DNA of 64,000 nucleotides. It comes from Mobula hypostoma (lineage: Eukaryota). This document shows positions 11,754-23,335 of the stretch, piece by piece. The notes below the pieces were generated by a model that was not told the origin of the DNA, did no database searches, and saw only the letters and a list, made by a program, of their open reading frames with translations. The translations under genes and the position numbers were made by a program. Within the stretch, counting starts at the first letter, position 1; each line of letters starts with the position of its first letter. The stretch spans positions 232,936,001-233,000,000 of the forward strand of contig NC_086097.1 of assembly GCF_963921235.1 (NCBI RefSeq), read 5' to 3'.

Positions 11754-12779
11754 CATCTATGCTTGCTTAAGCCTGATCAGCCAAAGCCAGACCACTCTAA
11801 CACTTCTATCAATACGTACATAAGTGAATTACCAAATTGTACACAAGTTCTGTGTGTGTCACATGGATTAATGTATAGCACAGAAACATGTCTTTTGGCC
11901 CAATTAGTCCATGCCACCCAGGATGAACATCTAAGCCAGCCCATTTGCTCAGGTTTGATCTGTAAACCTTCCCTGTCCATATACCTGTCTAAATGTCTTA
12001 AATGTTGTCACTGTATCTACTTCAATAACTTCCACTGACAGCTCATTCCATATGAACATAACATCCTCTGCATGGAGAAGTTACCCCATAGGTTCCATTT
12101 AAACTGTTTCCGTCACGCATTATACCTATACCTTCCAGTTTTGGATTCCCTTTGCCTGGGAAAAAAATCTATTTATGCTCCTTACGATTTTATATATCGA
12201 TATAAAATCACCCTCCCATAATCTGAGGCAAAATTATGCCGGCCTGTCCAATCCCTCACTATAACTCAGGCCCTTGAATCCTGACGTTTTCATTAATCTT
12301 CTTTGCGCTCTTTCTAGCTTAATGTCATTTTTCCTGCAATTTTTTAACCTGTGTTGTAAATGCCTCTTTTATTTGTGATAAACTTACTTTATAAGTCTTG
12401 AAGAAGGGCTTCAGGCCAAAACATCGACTGTTTATTCATTTCCATAGATGCTGCCTGACCTGTTGAGTTCAGGCATTTTGCGTGTGTTGCTTTGAATTTC
12501 CAACATCTGCAGAATTTCTCCAGTTTATGATATTATTTTATGTGCTGTGTGTGAATTATATGTACTGTGTTGTGCACCTTGGTCTGGAGGAACATTGTTT
12601 CATTTGATGGTATACATGTATATGGATGAAATGACAATAAACTTGAACTTGAATTTAACAGGGTAACAAAACTGTACAACAGATATAGCCTGACCAATGT
12701 CTTGTACAACTGCAAAATAACATCCCAGATCCCTATTCTCAGTGTCCTGCCTGATGAAGGCTAGCATGCCAAATGCCTT

Positions 12780-13165
12780 TTGAAATGTATAAAATTCTAA
12801 AGGGATTGGACAGGCTAGACGTAGGAAGATTGTTCCCAATGTTGGGGAAGTCCAGAACGAGGGGTCACAGTTTGACGATAAAGGGGAAGCCTTTTAGGAC
12901 CGAGATGGGGAAAAACTTCTTCACACAGAGCGTGGTGAATCTGTGGAATTCTCTGCCACAGGAAACAGTTGAGGCCAGTTCATTGGCTATATTTAAGAGG
13001 GAGTTAGATATGGCCCTTGTGGCTAAAGGGATCAGTGGGTATGGAGAGAAGGCAGGTACAGGGTTCTGAGTTGGATGATCAGCCATGATCGTACTGAATG
13101 GCGGTGCAGGCTCAAAGGGCCGAATGGCCTACTCCTGCATCTATTTTCTACATTTCTATGTCTTT
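12780..13165 (+). mobile_element. CR1 3' end, same family as the intact copy at 36980-40265
   Basis: ORF 12773-13069 is nearly identical to the C-terminus of the 999-aa ORF2; shares the 3' UTR and TTTCTA tail. Confidence 0.9.
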
Positions 13166-13649
13166 TTCATATCACTGACTACCTTTGACACTACTTTCTG
13201 ATACAATGTACTTTTCCCAGAGTGTAGCGAATCAGTTGAATTTTCTGCCCAAAGAACTCGTAGAGGCTATCTCTTTAAATGTATTTAAGACATAGTTAGA
13301 TGGATTTTTCAGAGCAAGGGAATTAAGGGTTATGGGGAAAAGGAAGGTAGGTGGAGCTGAGTCCATGGCCAGATCAACCATGATTTTATTGAAATCACCC
13401 GATCTCAATTTCTTACGTTCTTATGTACTCCCAGGTGCTTCTGTTCCTCAACACTCAAAGTTCAAGGTACCTTTATTATAAAGCATGTATACAGAATGCA
13501 TCTCTGAGATGTAGGCAGCCTCGAAACAAAGGAACTCAATGGAACCCGTTCAGGAAAACATCAAACACCCAACACACAAAAAAAGAGCAACACACATCAA
13601 AGTTGCTGGTGCACGCAGCAGGCCAGGCAGCATCTCTAGGAGGAGGTAC

Positions 13650-13685
13650 AGTCGACGTTTCAGGCCGAGACCCTTCATCAGGACT
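13650..13685 (-). ncRNA. Minimal type I hammerhead ribozyme motif
   Basis: Minus strand reads AGTC-CTGATGA-AGGGTCTCGGCCT-GAAAC-GTC-GACT: both core boxes, GUC cleavage triplet, stem I AGTC/GACT and a short stem II. Confidence 0.7.
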
Positions 13686-13941
13686 AACTGAAGGAAGAGT
13701 GAGTAAGAGATTTGAAAGTGGGAGGGGGAGGGGGAGATCCAAAATGATAGGAGAAGACAGGAGGGGGAGGGATGGAGCCAAGAGCTGGACAGTTGATTGG
13801 CAAAAGGGGATACGAGAGGATCATGGGACAGGAGGCCCAGGGAGAAAGACAAGGTGGAGGGGGAACCAGAGAATGGGCAAGGGGTATAGTCAGAGGGACA
13901 GAGGGAGAAAAAGGAGAGTGAGAGAAACAATGTGTGTATAA

Positions 13942-14805
13942 TGTTACGTACCCCGTAACTGGGTTGCCAAACCAGCAGAACTGGATCACTCAGTTGGAGT
14001 CTGGAGTACTAGAACTAAGAAAGTTTTATTAAAGAAACAAGCAACACAGTAATCGAAAGGATAATAAATGCAACAGTTCAGCAATGATAGTCACACATGT
14101 GCACAGAATTAAGATCACAGCATCAATCAAGCTCTATTGTTGTCTAGGGGTAAGTGACCAAATTTCAAAGTGACTCAAAATTCAGTCCAGTTTAGTAGCT
14201 CAGTTCGCAGTAATCGTTGCCATGGCGATGGACAACGTGGGGGAAGAGAGAGATAGAACAAGAACAACTGATCATTCAGACACTGCTTCACTCACAGACC
14301 GGCGAGATGGCTCACAAGCAGCTTTTGGGCGGGTCCTTGGTGATGTCACCTGAGGTCACCGACTGTGACCCCTCCTCCAGATGCGGTCGATCCTCTGCAG
14401 TGAACCCGGCACCCAGGCAAGGGCGGACACACACCGGGTTCCCGCTGATCGTACCTTTCCACCCTGGCCGTTGTCTGATACTTCCCACCGACTCGTGAGA
14501 GGCGTACCGCTTCCAGGGTCTCATTACCTCGGGTGGCGTGTGTGTCCTGCCTTAGCGAACCTGTCCCTTTTTATCCCCCTGCTGGAGTATCGCCTGTCCA
14601 TCACTTCAAACAGTTCAGGGTTCAAAGGGGGAGCCGCTCCAGACAGCTCTCTCTCTCCCACGTCCCTTCATTACACATCTCCAGACGCTGCTCCATTGTT
14701 CCTTATCTCTCCTTCCCCTGAGGGCAGGTGGCAGACCACTTGCTGATGTCACTGATGCTAACCCAGGCCAGCAAACATCTTAATTTTATGTGTATTCTCG
14801 TCACA
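13942..14805 (-). repeat. 3' LTR (864 bp)
   Basis: Direct repeat of 18034-18896 with about 24 differences by eye. Minus-strand AATAAA at 14025-14030 and TATA-like GATAAAAA near 14570. Confidence 0.95.
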
Positions 14806-14817
14806 CTTCTCCCCTTT
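14806..14817 (-). other. Polypurine tract
   Basis: AAAGGGGAGAAG immediately precedes the 3' LTR TG on the minus strand. Confidence 0.85.
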
Positions 14818-14978
14818 AAGGATTTTTACCGGGAGGTAAAAATTACAAACATGAATACATTATTTGATACATACACAAATATACATCTTTAACAGCTATT
14901 TGGCTAACACAGCGAGTTTGAAGCTGTCCACACCTTGACAGACAGTCATCACATTTTCTGTTCCTTTTACACGTGTTA

Positions 14979-16202
14979 TTAATAATCCCTTAGACCAGGC
15001 TCCAACTCAGCAAACTTCATAATGGCCAAAAACACTGATGAATTGCGACCAATGTAACCTCTCATTTGGTTTTGTCCCGGACCACAATAACAAGGGTCGT
15101 CCCATTCCGACTCAGTTTTCTCTTGCAAGGGCTTAGTAGGAGGGGGACCGGTATTGACCGCAGAGTTATTGCAAAACTTCCTGCAGTACCCCACCATCTC
15201 CAAGAGCCTTCTGAGGGCCCTCTTGTCTGTCGGGGTTGGGAGGTCAGCGATAGCCTGCACTGTAGCTTGCATCGCTGCCAGCTGCCCCTGTGTCACCACA
15301 ATTCCCAGGTAAGTGACCCTCGTGTGGCCGAATTCATTTTTTTCAAGGTTCACTATCAAGCTGGCTTCAGACAGCCGTATTAAATTGCCAATACACACCT
15401 CTGTGTTCATCAGCCCTTTAGTCACTGAATTACTCATTATATATCGGTGTTCTTTACTAGGCTGCCCTATTGTAACAGACATCACCCAACGTCCCAGTTC
15501 TTTGCATTTCCTCGGGACAATCAAACACAGGGGTGCGAGTCGTTTAATTACTTCTTCTAAGGATTCGCTTTGTTCGGGGATTAAGGGAGAGATCTTATCA
15601 GTAGACCTGGCCAAAACAATAGCCTTCTCCCATTTGATCGATCCCATACTAATCTTTTCAAAATGGTTTTTTTTTCTTATCAGGGGGCCCCTAGCTTCAT
15701 TGATTTCCACGCTAACACCGACTAGGTTTGTTAGCATATCAAAAGCCGGTGACCGTCTCAGTTCGTGTCGGTCATGATCAATAACATTTTTCCCCCTGGG
15801 CAGCCGGTAAATCTCTTTCATGATTCCACCAACTGTTTCCTCCAGCACCGCAAAATGTCCACTGGTGGGTACCTCGTGGGCCATGTTAAAAACCTCATCC
15901 CCATAACTCTTTTGCACCACCCCCCACTCCTCATCTGCGGATACTGTACTTGATTTCCCTTTTAGCACTTCCTCCTCCGCACAATAGCCTACTAGTTCCC
16001 TTGTCAAGGCTGTGTCAGAGAGAGCGGTCTCTGCCAAAACCATCAGCCCCTCGTCTCGCTCCTGCGTCTGCACAAATTCTTTCCTGGCTACTGCTACGTC
16101 CGTCCCAGCTCCCTCACTACCTCTTGTCTCACTACACCCCATCTCATACAAGGTTGGCAGAAACGTTTCAGCTAAATTCACTATCGCGGGCCCGTGATGA
16201 AC
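14979..16202 (-). CDS. pol: Telescoped pol remnant: integrase N-terminus, RT edges and RT thumb, with no catalytic cores
   Basis: AHEVPTSGH (integrase zinc His pair), QPSKEHRY (RT start), CIGN in place of YxDD, NLEKNEFGHTRVTYLG and PTPTDKRALRRLLEMVGYCRKF. Order is integrase before RT. Confidence 0.8.
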   Translation of the reverse strand, partial: VHHGPAIVNLAETFLPTLYEMGCSETRGSEGAGTDVAVARKEFVQTQERDEGLMVLAETALSDTALTRELVGYCAEEEVLKGKSSTVSADEEWGVVQKSYGDEVFNMAHEVPTSGHFAVLEETVGGIMKEIYRLPRGKNVIDHDRHELRRSPAFDMLTNLVGVSVEINEARGPLIRKKNHFEKISMGSIKWEKAIVLARSTDKISPLIPEQSESLEEVIKRLAPLCLIVPRKCKELGRWVMSVTIGQPSKEHRYIMSNSVTKGLMNTEVCIGNLIRLSEASLIVNLEKNEFGHTRVTYLGIVVTQGQLAAMQATVQAIADLPTPTDKRALRRLLEMVGYCRKFCNNSAVNTGPPPTKPLQEKTESEWDDPCYCGPGQNQMRGYIGRNSSVFLAIMKFAELEPGLRDY

Positions 16203-17934
16203 CTATGAGTCCATGGGCAGGGCCTCAATGCTGGCAGGCTGACCTGTCAATCTCACGACTGGGAACACGATTCCTCCGGCGATGTCATTACCGAGCAAGA
16301 CTTCCACGCCTTTCATCGGTAATTCGGACCTCACCCCGATCGTGACTAGTCCAGAGACCAGGTTGCTTTGTAAGTGTATCTGGTGCAAAGGGACTGACTC
16401 CATCCCTTCCCCAACACCTTTGACCTCTACCTCCCCAGTCTCAGTCTCTGAGCTAAACTCTAATACACTCTTCAGTATTAGTGACTGACACGCTCCCGTG
16501 TCTCCCCAGATCCGCACTGGAACTGGCTTTAACCCCTCCTTCACTGACACCAATCCGGCCGAGATAAACCTCTCGCGCCCTTCCTGGACTTTTTCAGACC
16601 TGTCCTTCCCTAGCGGTTCGCTTAACAGCTCGATACAGCCATTCAAAATTTCCGCTTTTCCTTTCCCCGTCTCCTTCCTTGGGGCAAAGCACCTGGACGC
16701 AAAGTGTCCGACTTTCCCATAATTATAACAGACGACCCCAGGAGACTTCCCACCAGACTGCTCCCGGTCTACCTTATCCTTTTCACTAGTCCCCGGCTTA
16801 CTTTCTGACTTTTCCGGCGGACTCTCCCCGCCATCCTGACTACCCTTCTGGTAGCCTTTACTTGGGGAAAACTTCATTTTATGCGTCAACGCATACTCAT
16901 CCGCTAACTTAGCAGTTGCGGCTAACGTGGCTGCCTCTTTCTCATCGAGGTAGGGTCTCATACCCTCAGGGACACAACCTTTAAACTGCTCAATCAGGAT
17001 CAGTTGTAGCAGTCTGTCATAATCCCCCTCTACCCCCTTCGAGGCGCACCAACGCTCACAATATGTCTGCATCTCACGGGCAAACTCCAAATACGTGCGG
17101 TCCCACCGCTTCCTCGCATTCCGGAACCTCTGCCGGTATGCCTCCGGGACCAACTCATAAATCCTGAGGATGGCCTCTTTCACCACCTCATACCTCTGGG
17201 CATCTTCCGCGGATAAAGCGGAGTAAGCTTGTTGGGCTTTCCCTTTCAGTACACTCTGAAGTAACACAGCCCACTTATCCCTCGGCCATTCCTGACTTAT
17301 AGCCACTTTTTCGAAGTGGAGGAAGTACCGATCCACGTCGGTATCGTCAAATGGGGGAACCAGCCTTACCTCCTGGGTCGCCCGGAACCTTCCACCTTGG
17401 TTCGGCACGAGCCCCTGCTCGGCCCTTATCTTTAACTTCTCTAGCTCAAATTCCCTTTCCCTCTGTTTCCCTCTCTCTTCTCGCTCCCATTGCCTCTCTT
17501 TCTCCTCTCTCTCTGTCTCTCTCTCTCTGTCTCTCTCTCTCTTTCTCTTCTCTCTCCAACTGTCTCTCTCTCTCTTGCCTTTCTACTTCTTTCTCTTTCT
17601 CCCGCCTTTCTAACTCTCTCTCCTGCCTTTCTAACTGCTTCTCTTCGTGTTCTAACTGCCGTACCCGGAACTCGTGCTCGAGTCTCAGTTTTTCAAGCTG
17701 TACCTGTACCGCGTCTCCAGCAGGTTTTTCAATAGACACCACCCCCAGCTCACCTTGGGGAAACACACCTTTAGATACATAGTGCTCTACAATAGTTCTG
17801 TGTATCTCCTCTCTCCTCATTGTCGACTTCACCTTAGCAAGATTCAACTGTTTGGCCACAGCTATCAATTCCGATTTCCTGGTATCCTCTAATGCCTCCA
17901 AGGTCGGCGCCTTTATAAATTCCTCAGCCTCCAT
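16203..17934 (-). CDS. gag: Gag (coiled coil, SCAN-like capsid, zinc knuckle) + aspartic protease; one frameshift near the GA-rich tract
   Basis: VPPFDDTDVDRYFLHFEKVA, PEAYRQRFR, LILIEQF, CYNYGKVGHFASRC (knuckle with C to Y), DTGACQSLI, LLGND. Confidence 0.9.
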
Positions 17935-18010
17935 TTCTGCTGTTTGTCTTTACTTTCATTCGGAAATTTTAACCCAATCAATTTACTCCGTCCCAAATTT
18001 AGCGTTCAAA

Positions 18011-18029
18011 ATCGCGGACGAGAACCCCA
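18011..18029 (-). other. Primer-binding site, tRNA-Pro-like
   Basis: TGGGGTTCTCGTCCGCGAT just inside the 5' LTR, versus the canonical tRNA-Pro PBS TGGGGGCTCGTCCGGGAT. Confidence 0.75.
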
Positions 18030-18033
18030 CTTA

Positions 18034-18896
18034 TGTTACGTACCCCGTAACTGGGTTGCCAAACCAGCAGAAATGGATCACTCAGTTGGAGTCTGGAGTA
18101 CTAGAACTAAGAAAGTTTTATTAAAGAAACAAGCAACACAGTAATCGAAAGGATAATAAATGCAACAGTTCAGCAATGATAGTCACACATGTGCACAGAA
18201 TTAAGATCACAGCATCAATCAAGCTCTATCGTTGTCTAGGGGTAAATGACCAAATTTCAAAGTGACTCAAAATTCAGTCCAGTTTAGTAGCTCAGTTCGC
18301 AGTAATCGTTGCCATGGCGATGGACAACGTGGGGGAAGAGAGAGATAGAACAGGAACAACTGATCATTCAGAACACTGCTTCACTCACAGACCGGCGAGA
18401 TGGCTCACAAGCAGCTTTTGGGCGGGTCCTTGGTGATGTCACCTGAGGTCACCGACTGTGACCCCTCCTGCAGATGCGGTCGATCCTTTGCAGTGAACCC
18501 GGCACCCAGGGAAGGGCGGACACACACCGGGTTCCCGCTGATCGTACCTTTCCACCCCGGGCGTTGTCTGATACTTCTCACCGACTCATGAGAGGCGTAT
18601 CGCTTCCAGGGTCTCGTTACCTCGGGTGTCGTGTGTCGTGCCTTAGCGAACTGGTCCCTTTTTATCCCCCCGCTGGGGTATCGCCTGTCCATCACTTCAA
18701 ACAGTTCAGGGTTCAAAGGGGGAGCTGCTCCAGACAGCTCTCTCTCTCCCATGTCCCTTCATTACACATCTCCAGACGCTGCTCCATTGTTCCTTATCTC
18801 TCCTTCCCCTGAGGGCAGGTGGCAGACCATTTGCTGATGTCACTGATGCTAACCCAGGCCAGCAAACATCTTAATTTTATGTGTATTCTCGTCACA
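18034..18896 (-). repeat. 5' LTR (863 bp)
   Basis: Direct repeat of 13942-14805, TG...CA termini. Confidence 0.95.
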
Positions 18897-20994
18897 ATAA
18901 AAATAAATAACGGATGGGGTACGAGAGGGAGGTGGGGCATTAAAGAGCACATTGCGCAAACAGCGAAAAAGCAGGCGACGAACACATGGAACACCAAACA
19001 TCAAACCAGGAATCCAGTAGTATCTGTTTTGGTTCAGAGCAATGCCACTCTGTTGGCCGCAGGACCATTCTTCACCAAGGCGCCCCAGTCTGCATCAATT
19101 GCCCTGATCAAACCTCAAAAGCAGCAAAGAAGAGCAAGCAGAATCCAAGGACACATGCAAAATGATTCTCATTCACTGTGACTTGTAATGCGGCTCTGGC
19201 GTGTAATATTACTTGCGTAGAATGCAAAAAGCTGATATATCTTCTGGTAAATCCAGAAAAAATAGAATAAACTTAGAATTTTTTTAAGAAAAATGGAGGG
19301 CTATGTATAAGCCTAGGTAGTTCCAAGGTAAGGTCATGTATGGTACAACTTTGTGGGCCAAAGGGCCTGTATTGTGCTGTCGGTTTTCCATGTTTCTATC
19401 CTTTGCGGATCTTGTAGAGTGGTGCATTTTTATAATTAGTACACCACCTTGTAAGTTTAGCACAGCCTCCTCCACTTTACCAACTATTTGCATCACCACC
19501 CCCATCCCTTCACCTTACAAGGCCGCTTAATACTTCAATAATCTTTGGGTTAAAAGAAGGTCCGCATTTATAGGAATATCCCCTTGTGCTGAGATTCTCC
19601 TGCACCTAGTGTCACCTCATGTATGTATGATTGGTCTGTGTATATAAGGCCAAAAGACATAGGAACAGAAATATAAACAAATCTTCCATATATATGGCCA
19701 AACGGAACAGTGTGTTTCATAGAATTGTTTTAAAATTGTGTTTTTTTTAATGCTTATTGTGTTTTTGTTTCGCTGCATCAGATCTGGAGTAACAATCCTT
19801 TTGTCCTCCTTTACACTCCTGTACTGAAGGATGACAATAAACTATCTTGAAGATAGTTGGAACGAGGAAAGAAACAGGGAGAAACACACACAAAAAAGGT
19901 CCGGGTTTTAGGGTCAGACAATGTGTATACAAGTTTTACTTTTGCCGTTTGAAAAGCCTCAACCATTTTTCCACAGGAATTATTCTTAAACATCCTTCCC
20001 TTCAGTTCTGTTCCAAACAAGATTTATATTTGTACCTGTGATAGCTGTATAGTTTCAGTCATTTCTTGACAATGCACTTCGACATGTTCACCGTGTTGGG
20101 GGTAAGAGTAACTTTCAGTTACTGGTTTCATTTCGATGTTGCTAATTTTAAATGCACCCTCCAATTCTGCCCTGCCATCTCACCTCCAGTGTGATGCTTT
20201 GGGGTTGAAGCCACAGCAAATGATCCCTATCATCGATTTGCAATATTATCATCTATCCAGTGGTTGGGATATTTTGCCATTATGAAATATAATCTCCCAT
20301 CAGGTCCCATATAACCTACTGATAAATCCATTGTAATTTTTAAAAAAGAAATTAGACTACAAAGTCCTGTACTAACAATTGTTCATTAACATTAGCATAA
20401 TGACAATCATAATAATAACACTTGAAAGTTGAAAGAGGTCAGCGAGAGGAGGTGACGAACTCTCAGAGTCTAAAACTCAGAAATTTTTAACCCACTGCAC
20501 TTTATCTGAATGCTTGGAGTCTGGACATTGTTTGAGGCCAGCAGGAATGAAACACCCATCTGCACGACAGCAAGGAATCAGTACTACTGTCTCCTTATGT
20601 GATAGAGTGGATTGAAAAGGCAGGGTGTTGAGACTGGAGGTAAGCGTCAGGCCGGTTCTGCTCACTGCTCAGCAACATTCGCTCCGCTCTCTGTTGCACT
20701 GGGGCTGAGGCTGTGGGCCGGCTCTGGCTGCTGAGGGCTTCATGTCCACGGACTCACTTTCACTCTGAATGCTGTTTGCTTGCTTTTATTGGTTACACGT
20801 TTTTTTTTCTCTTCCTCTGCACATTGGGTGTATGTTGGATTTTTAAAAAATGATTTCTTTTGTGCTTCTTGTTTTGTGGATGCCTGTAAGGAGACTAATA
20901 TCAAGGTTGTATAATGTATACTGTACATGCTTCAACTTTGAACTTTGACTTTGAACTTTTACCTTTGCAGAGATCGCAAAGTTCAACCTTTTCT

Positions 20995-21876
20995 GGTCAA
21001 GATGGCGCCTTCTTCTGGATTGATCATAAAATCATCTTTTTCACTTCTTTTATGTCATTTACGTTTGTTTCTTGAATGTGATCCTGGAACTGTTGAAGCC
21101 CGTGTTTTGCTGTTTGGAGATTGTTTGGGTGCTTCAGCGCTCTGCAGTCTCCCAAGGGATTTCGGGAGGCTGAAGCAGCTTGTGGGAACCTCATGGCAAG
21201 AAGGGTGCGCGTTGACGTTCAGCTTCACTTCGCCGACTAAAGCGCCCATTGTTCGCCGATTAAAGTGACCAGGGAGACTGAAGCATCGAAGTGGGTGCAG
21301 GGGGTGAGCACCGACTGCTTACCTTTTGATCTTTGATCAGTTGCTCTGTACTGGGGAGGGGAGAGCCTGTCGCTGCGGAGAGTTTTGCCCAGGTTTTTTT
21401 CTGCACTTTGACTGTTGACTTTGGACTGCAGACTCTACTTTTAGTCATATAGTTCTTTTATTCTGCGTTTCTTTGCTTGATCTTCTTGTTTTTTTTGTGT
21501 GGGGAGGGGGAGTTTGGGGTCGATGTACCTGATTCGTTTTGCTCGATTTTTGTGCCTGAGGAGGGACTTGGGGCCTAATCCATTTTTGTTGCTTTTTCGT
21601 GTGGGAGGAGGGATTTTGGGGCCGATGTACCTGGTTCGTTTTGTTAATTTTTTTGTGGGGGAGTAGGGGTTTTGCAGTCTATCTGCCTGATCCATTTTAT
21701 TTGTTTTTTGAGTGGGAGGAGAGATTTAGGGGTCGATGTGCTTGTTCCATTTTTTTGTGGGGAGGTATGATTTGGGATGATCATGCTGACTTTATTTTCT
21801 TTCTTGCTTTCATGGCTACCCAGAGAATTGAAGAATTTAGGAGTTGTATAACTTGATAATAAATGAACCTTTGAAA
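20995..21876 (+). mobile_element. Probable non-autonomous retroposon with CAAGATGGCG 5' end
   Basis: Begins GTCAAGATGGCGCC; T/G-rich internal repeats (GGGGTCGATGTACCTG-like, three times); ends GATAATAAATGAACCTTTGAA. Confidence 0.5.
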
Positions 21877-22327
21877 GCAGTTGGGCTAGACCTAATCCTT
21901 GATCAGAGTAAATATTTACTATTAAGATAGATAGATCAGTGGGTTCACATAGTAAGTGATTCAGGGCTGAGCCATACTGATCCCAGCTTGAATAAACAGA
22001 GAAATGATCAATCTATACTCTTGCCGTAGTGACAGGGAGAAGTAGACAAACTTAGGCTATGTCCACACTAGACCGGATGATTTTGAAAACGCTGGTTTTG
22101 CATAAAAATGATAGGCATCCACACCAGGCGTTTTTGAAAATACCTCTGTCCCCATTAAAACGGGTATTTGAGCGAATCTCCTCCTACCGGGCATGCGCAG
22201 GACACATCTACAGAAAACAACCAAAGAGGAGGCAATATTCTATTTCTGTTTCCGCTGCGGCCTTGTGCTATTTCTGTTGGTCAAAACCTGGAGTATCTAC
22301 AACAACAGCGAAAGAAAGTTTTCAACA

Positions 22328-23335
22328 ATGTCTGTGAGGGATACAAAGAAAACCTCTGCTGGAAAAAGCAGGCCAAACTTCTTCATTTGGACAGACGATG
22401 AAGTCGAGCTGCTTCTGCGAGTTACAAACAACTACAAAGTCAGCAAAGCAGTGGAGAACATGGACTGGGAGTCATGCCAAACCAAATACAACGACATCCT
22501 TGACCGCTATAAAGAACATTACCTCGCGGCAGAGCAGTCGGAATCTCTGAGTAAGGACTACCCGCACAAATTGGACGATATAACCAAGACAATTACTGCA
22601 ACCAAACTTAAAGGCGATTCACCACAAATACCGGCAGGCGGTGGATGTGGATGAAAAAGTGGACACGGTAGAGTAGTTCTACTGTATTTTGAGTTATATG
22701 AGCAGATCTGGGGGACTCACCAGCCACCACGGCGATTCAAGGCGGCATTGAAACCTGTGATTTGGAGGATAGGGTCGACGCACATCACAGCGACCGATGC
22801 ACAGCCCCTTCGCCCGCTTCGATGAGTACGCCCGACTCCGACAGTTTGGACCAAGCAACAGGTGATGGCTGCGACATGTTTGATGTTGAATCTCACGTGA
22901 AAGACTTGGTGCGTGTTTGTCCAGTTTCAGACTGGAAAAACTTAAAAAGAAATTGCCAAATGACGGACAGCTGTTGGCTCTCGCGCAGGAGGACTTAAAA
23001 TTAAAAAAAAACAAGTACTGGAGCATATGGAGGCAACCGACAGGGAGTTCACAGACAATATGTCCTGACTGATGACGAACATTGAAAAACTGACTAACTC
23101 TGTTGCAGAGGGATTTGCAATGATGAGGAATATGATGGCTTCCCCCCAGTACTTTTCACCGCCACAATACCAGCCTCACAGCCATTATAATAGCTACACA
23201 TACGGACACACAGACCCCCGGCTGGCCCCACCAACATCTTCCCCACTCCCACAGAGGGGTCAACCTGGAAACAATTCCTACAGCCATAGTCTCTTCACCG
23301 AAGAAAGGGATGACAGCTACAATGAATTGCAATAA
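22328..23335 (+). pseudogene. Harbinger Myb/SANT-like DNA-binding protein, frameshifted
   Basis: MSVRD..FIWTDDEVELLL..DWESCQTKYNDI trihelix-like pattern; coiled-coil and P/S-rich C-terminus in ORF 23072-23335. Confidence 0.85.

Larger units (their letters stand above)
13942..18896 (-). mobile_element. Gmr1-like (SCAN-domain) Ty3/Gypsy LTR retrotransposon, internally deleted and non-autonomous
   Basis: Two TG...CA LTRs; 4-bp TSD ATAA (13938-13941, 18897-18900); PBS, PPT and gag-PR-pol remnants on the minus strand. Confidence 0.95.
13590..18941 (-). mobile_element. Penelope-like pLTR insertion (13590-13941 and 18901-18941), split by the LTR element
   Basis: 8-bp TSD AAAGAGCA at 13582-13589 and 18942-18949; hammerhead motif at 13650-13685. 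Confidence 0.75.

Noticed and set aside
17450..17650. CT/GA microsatellite-like tract
   Set aside because: It encodes the E/R-rich coiled coil of Gag and is not an independent feature, though slippage here probably caused the gag frameshift.
21500..21780. Spaced short repeats superficially like a CRISPR array
   Set aside because: Degenerate, low-complexity T/G-rich units inside a eukaryotic repeat; no constant repeat-spacer structure or cas genes.
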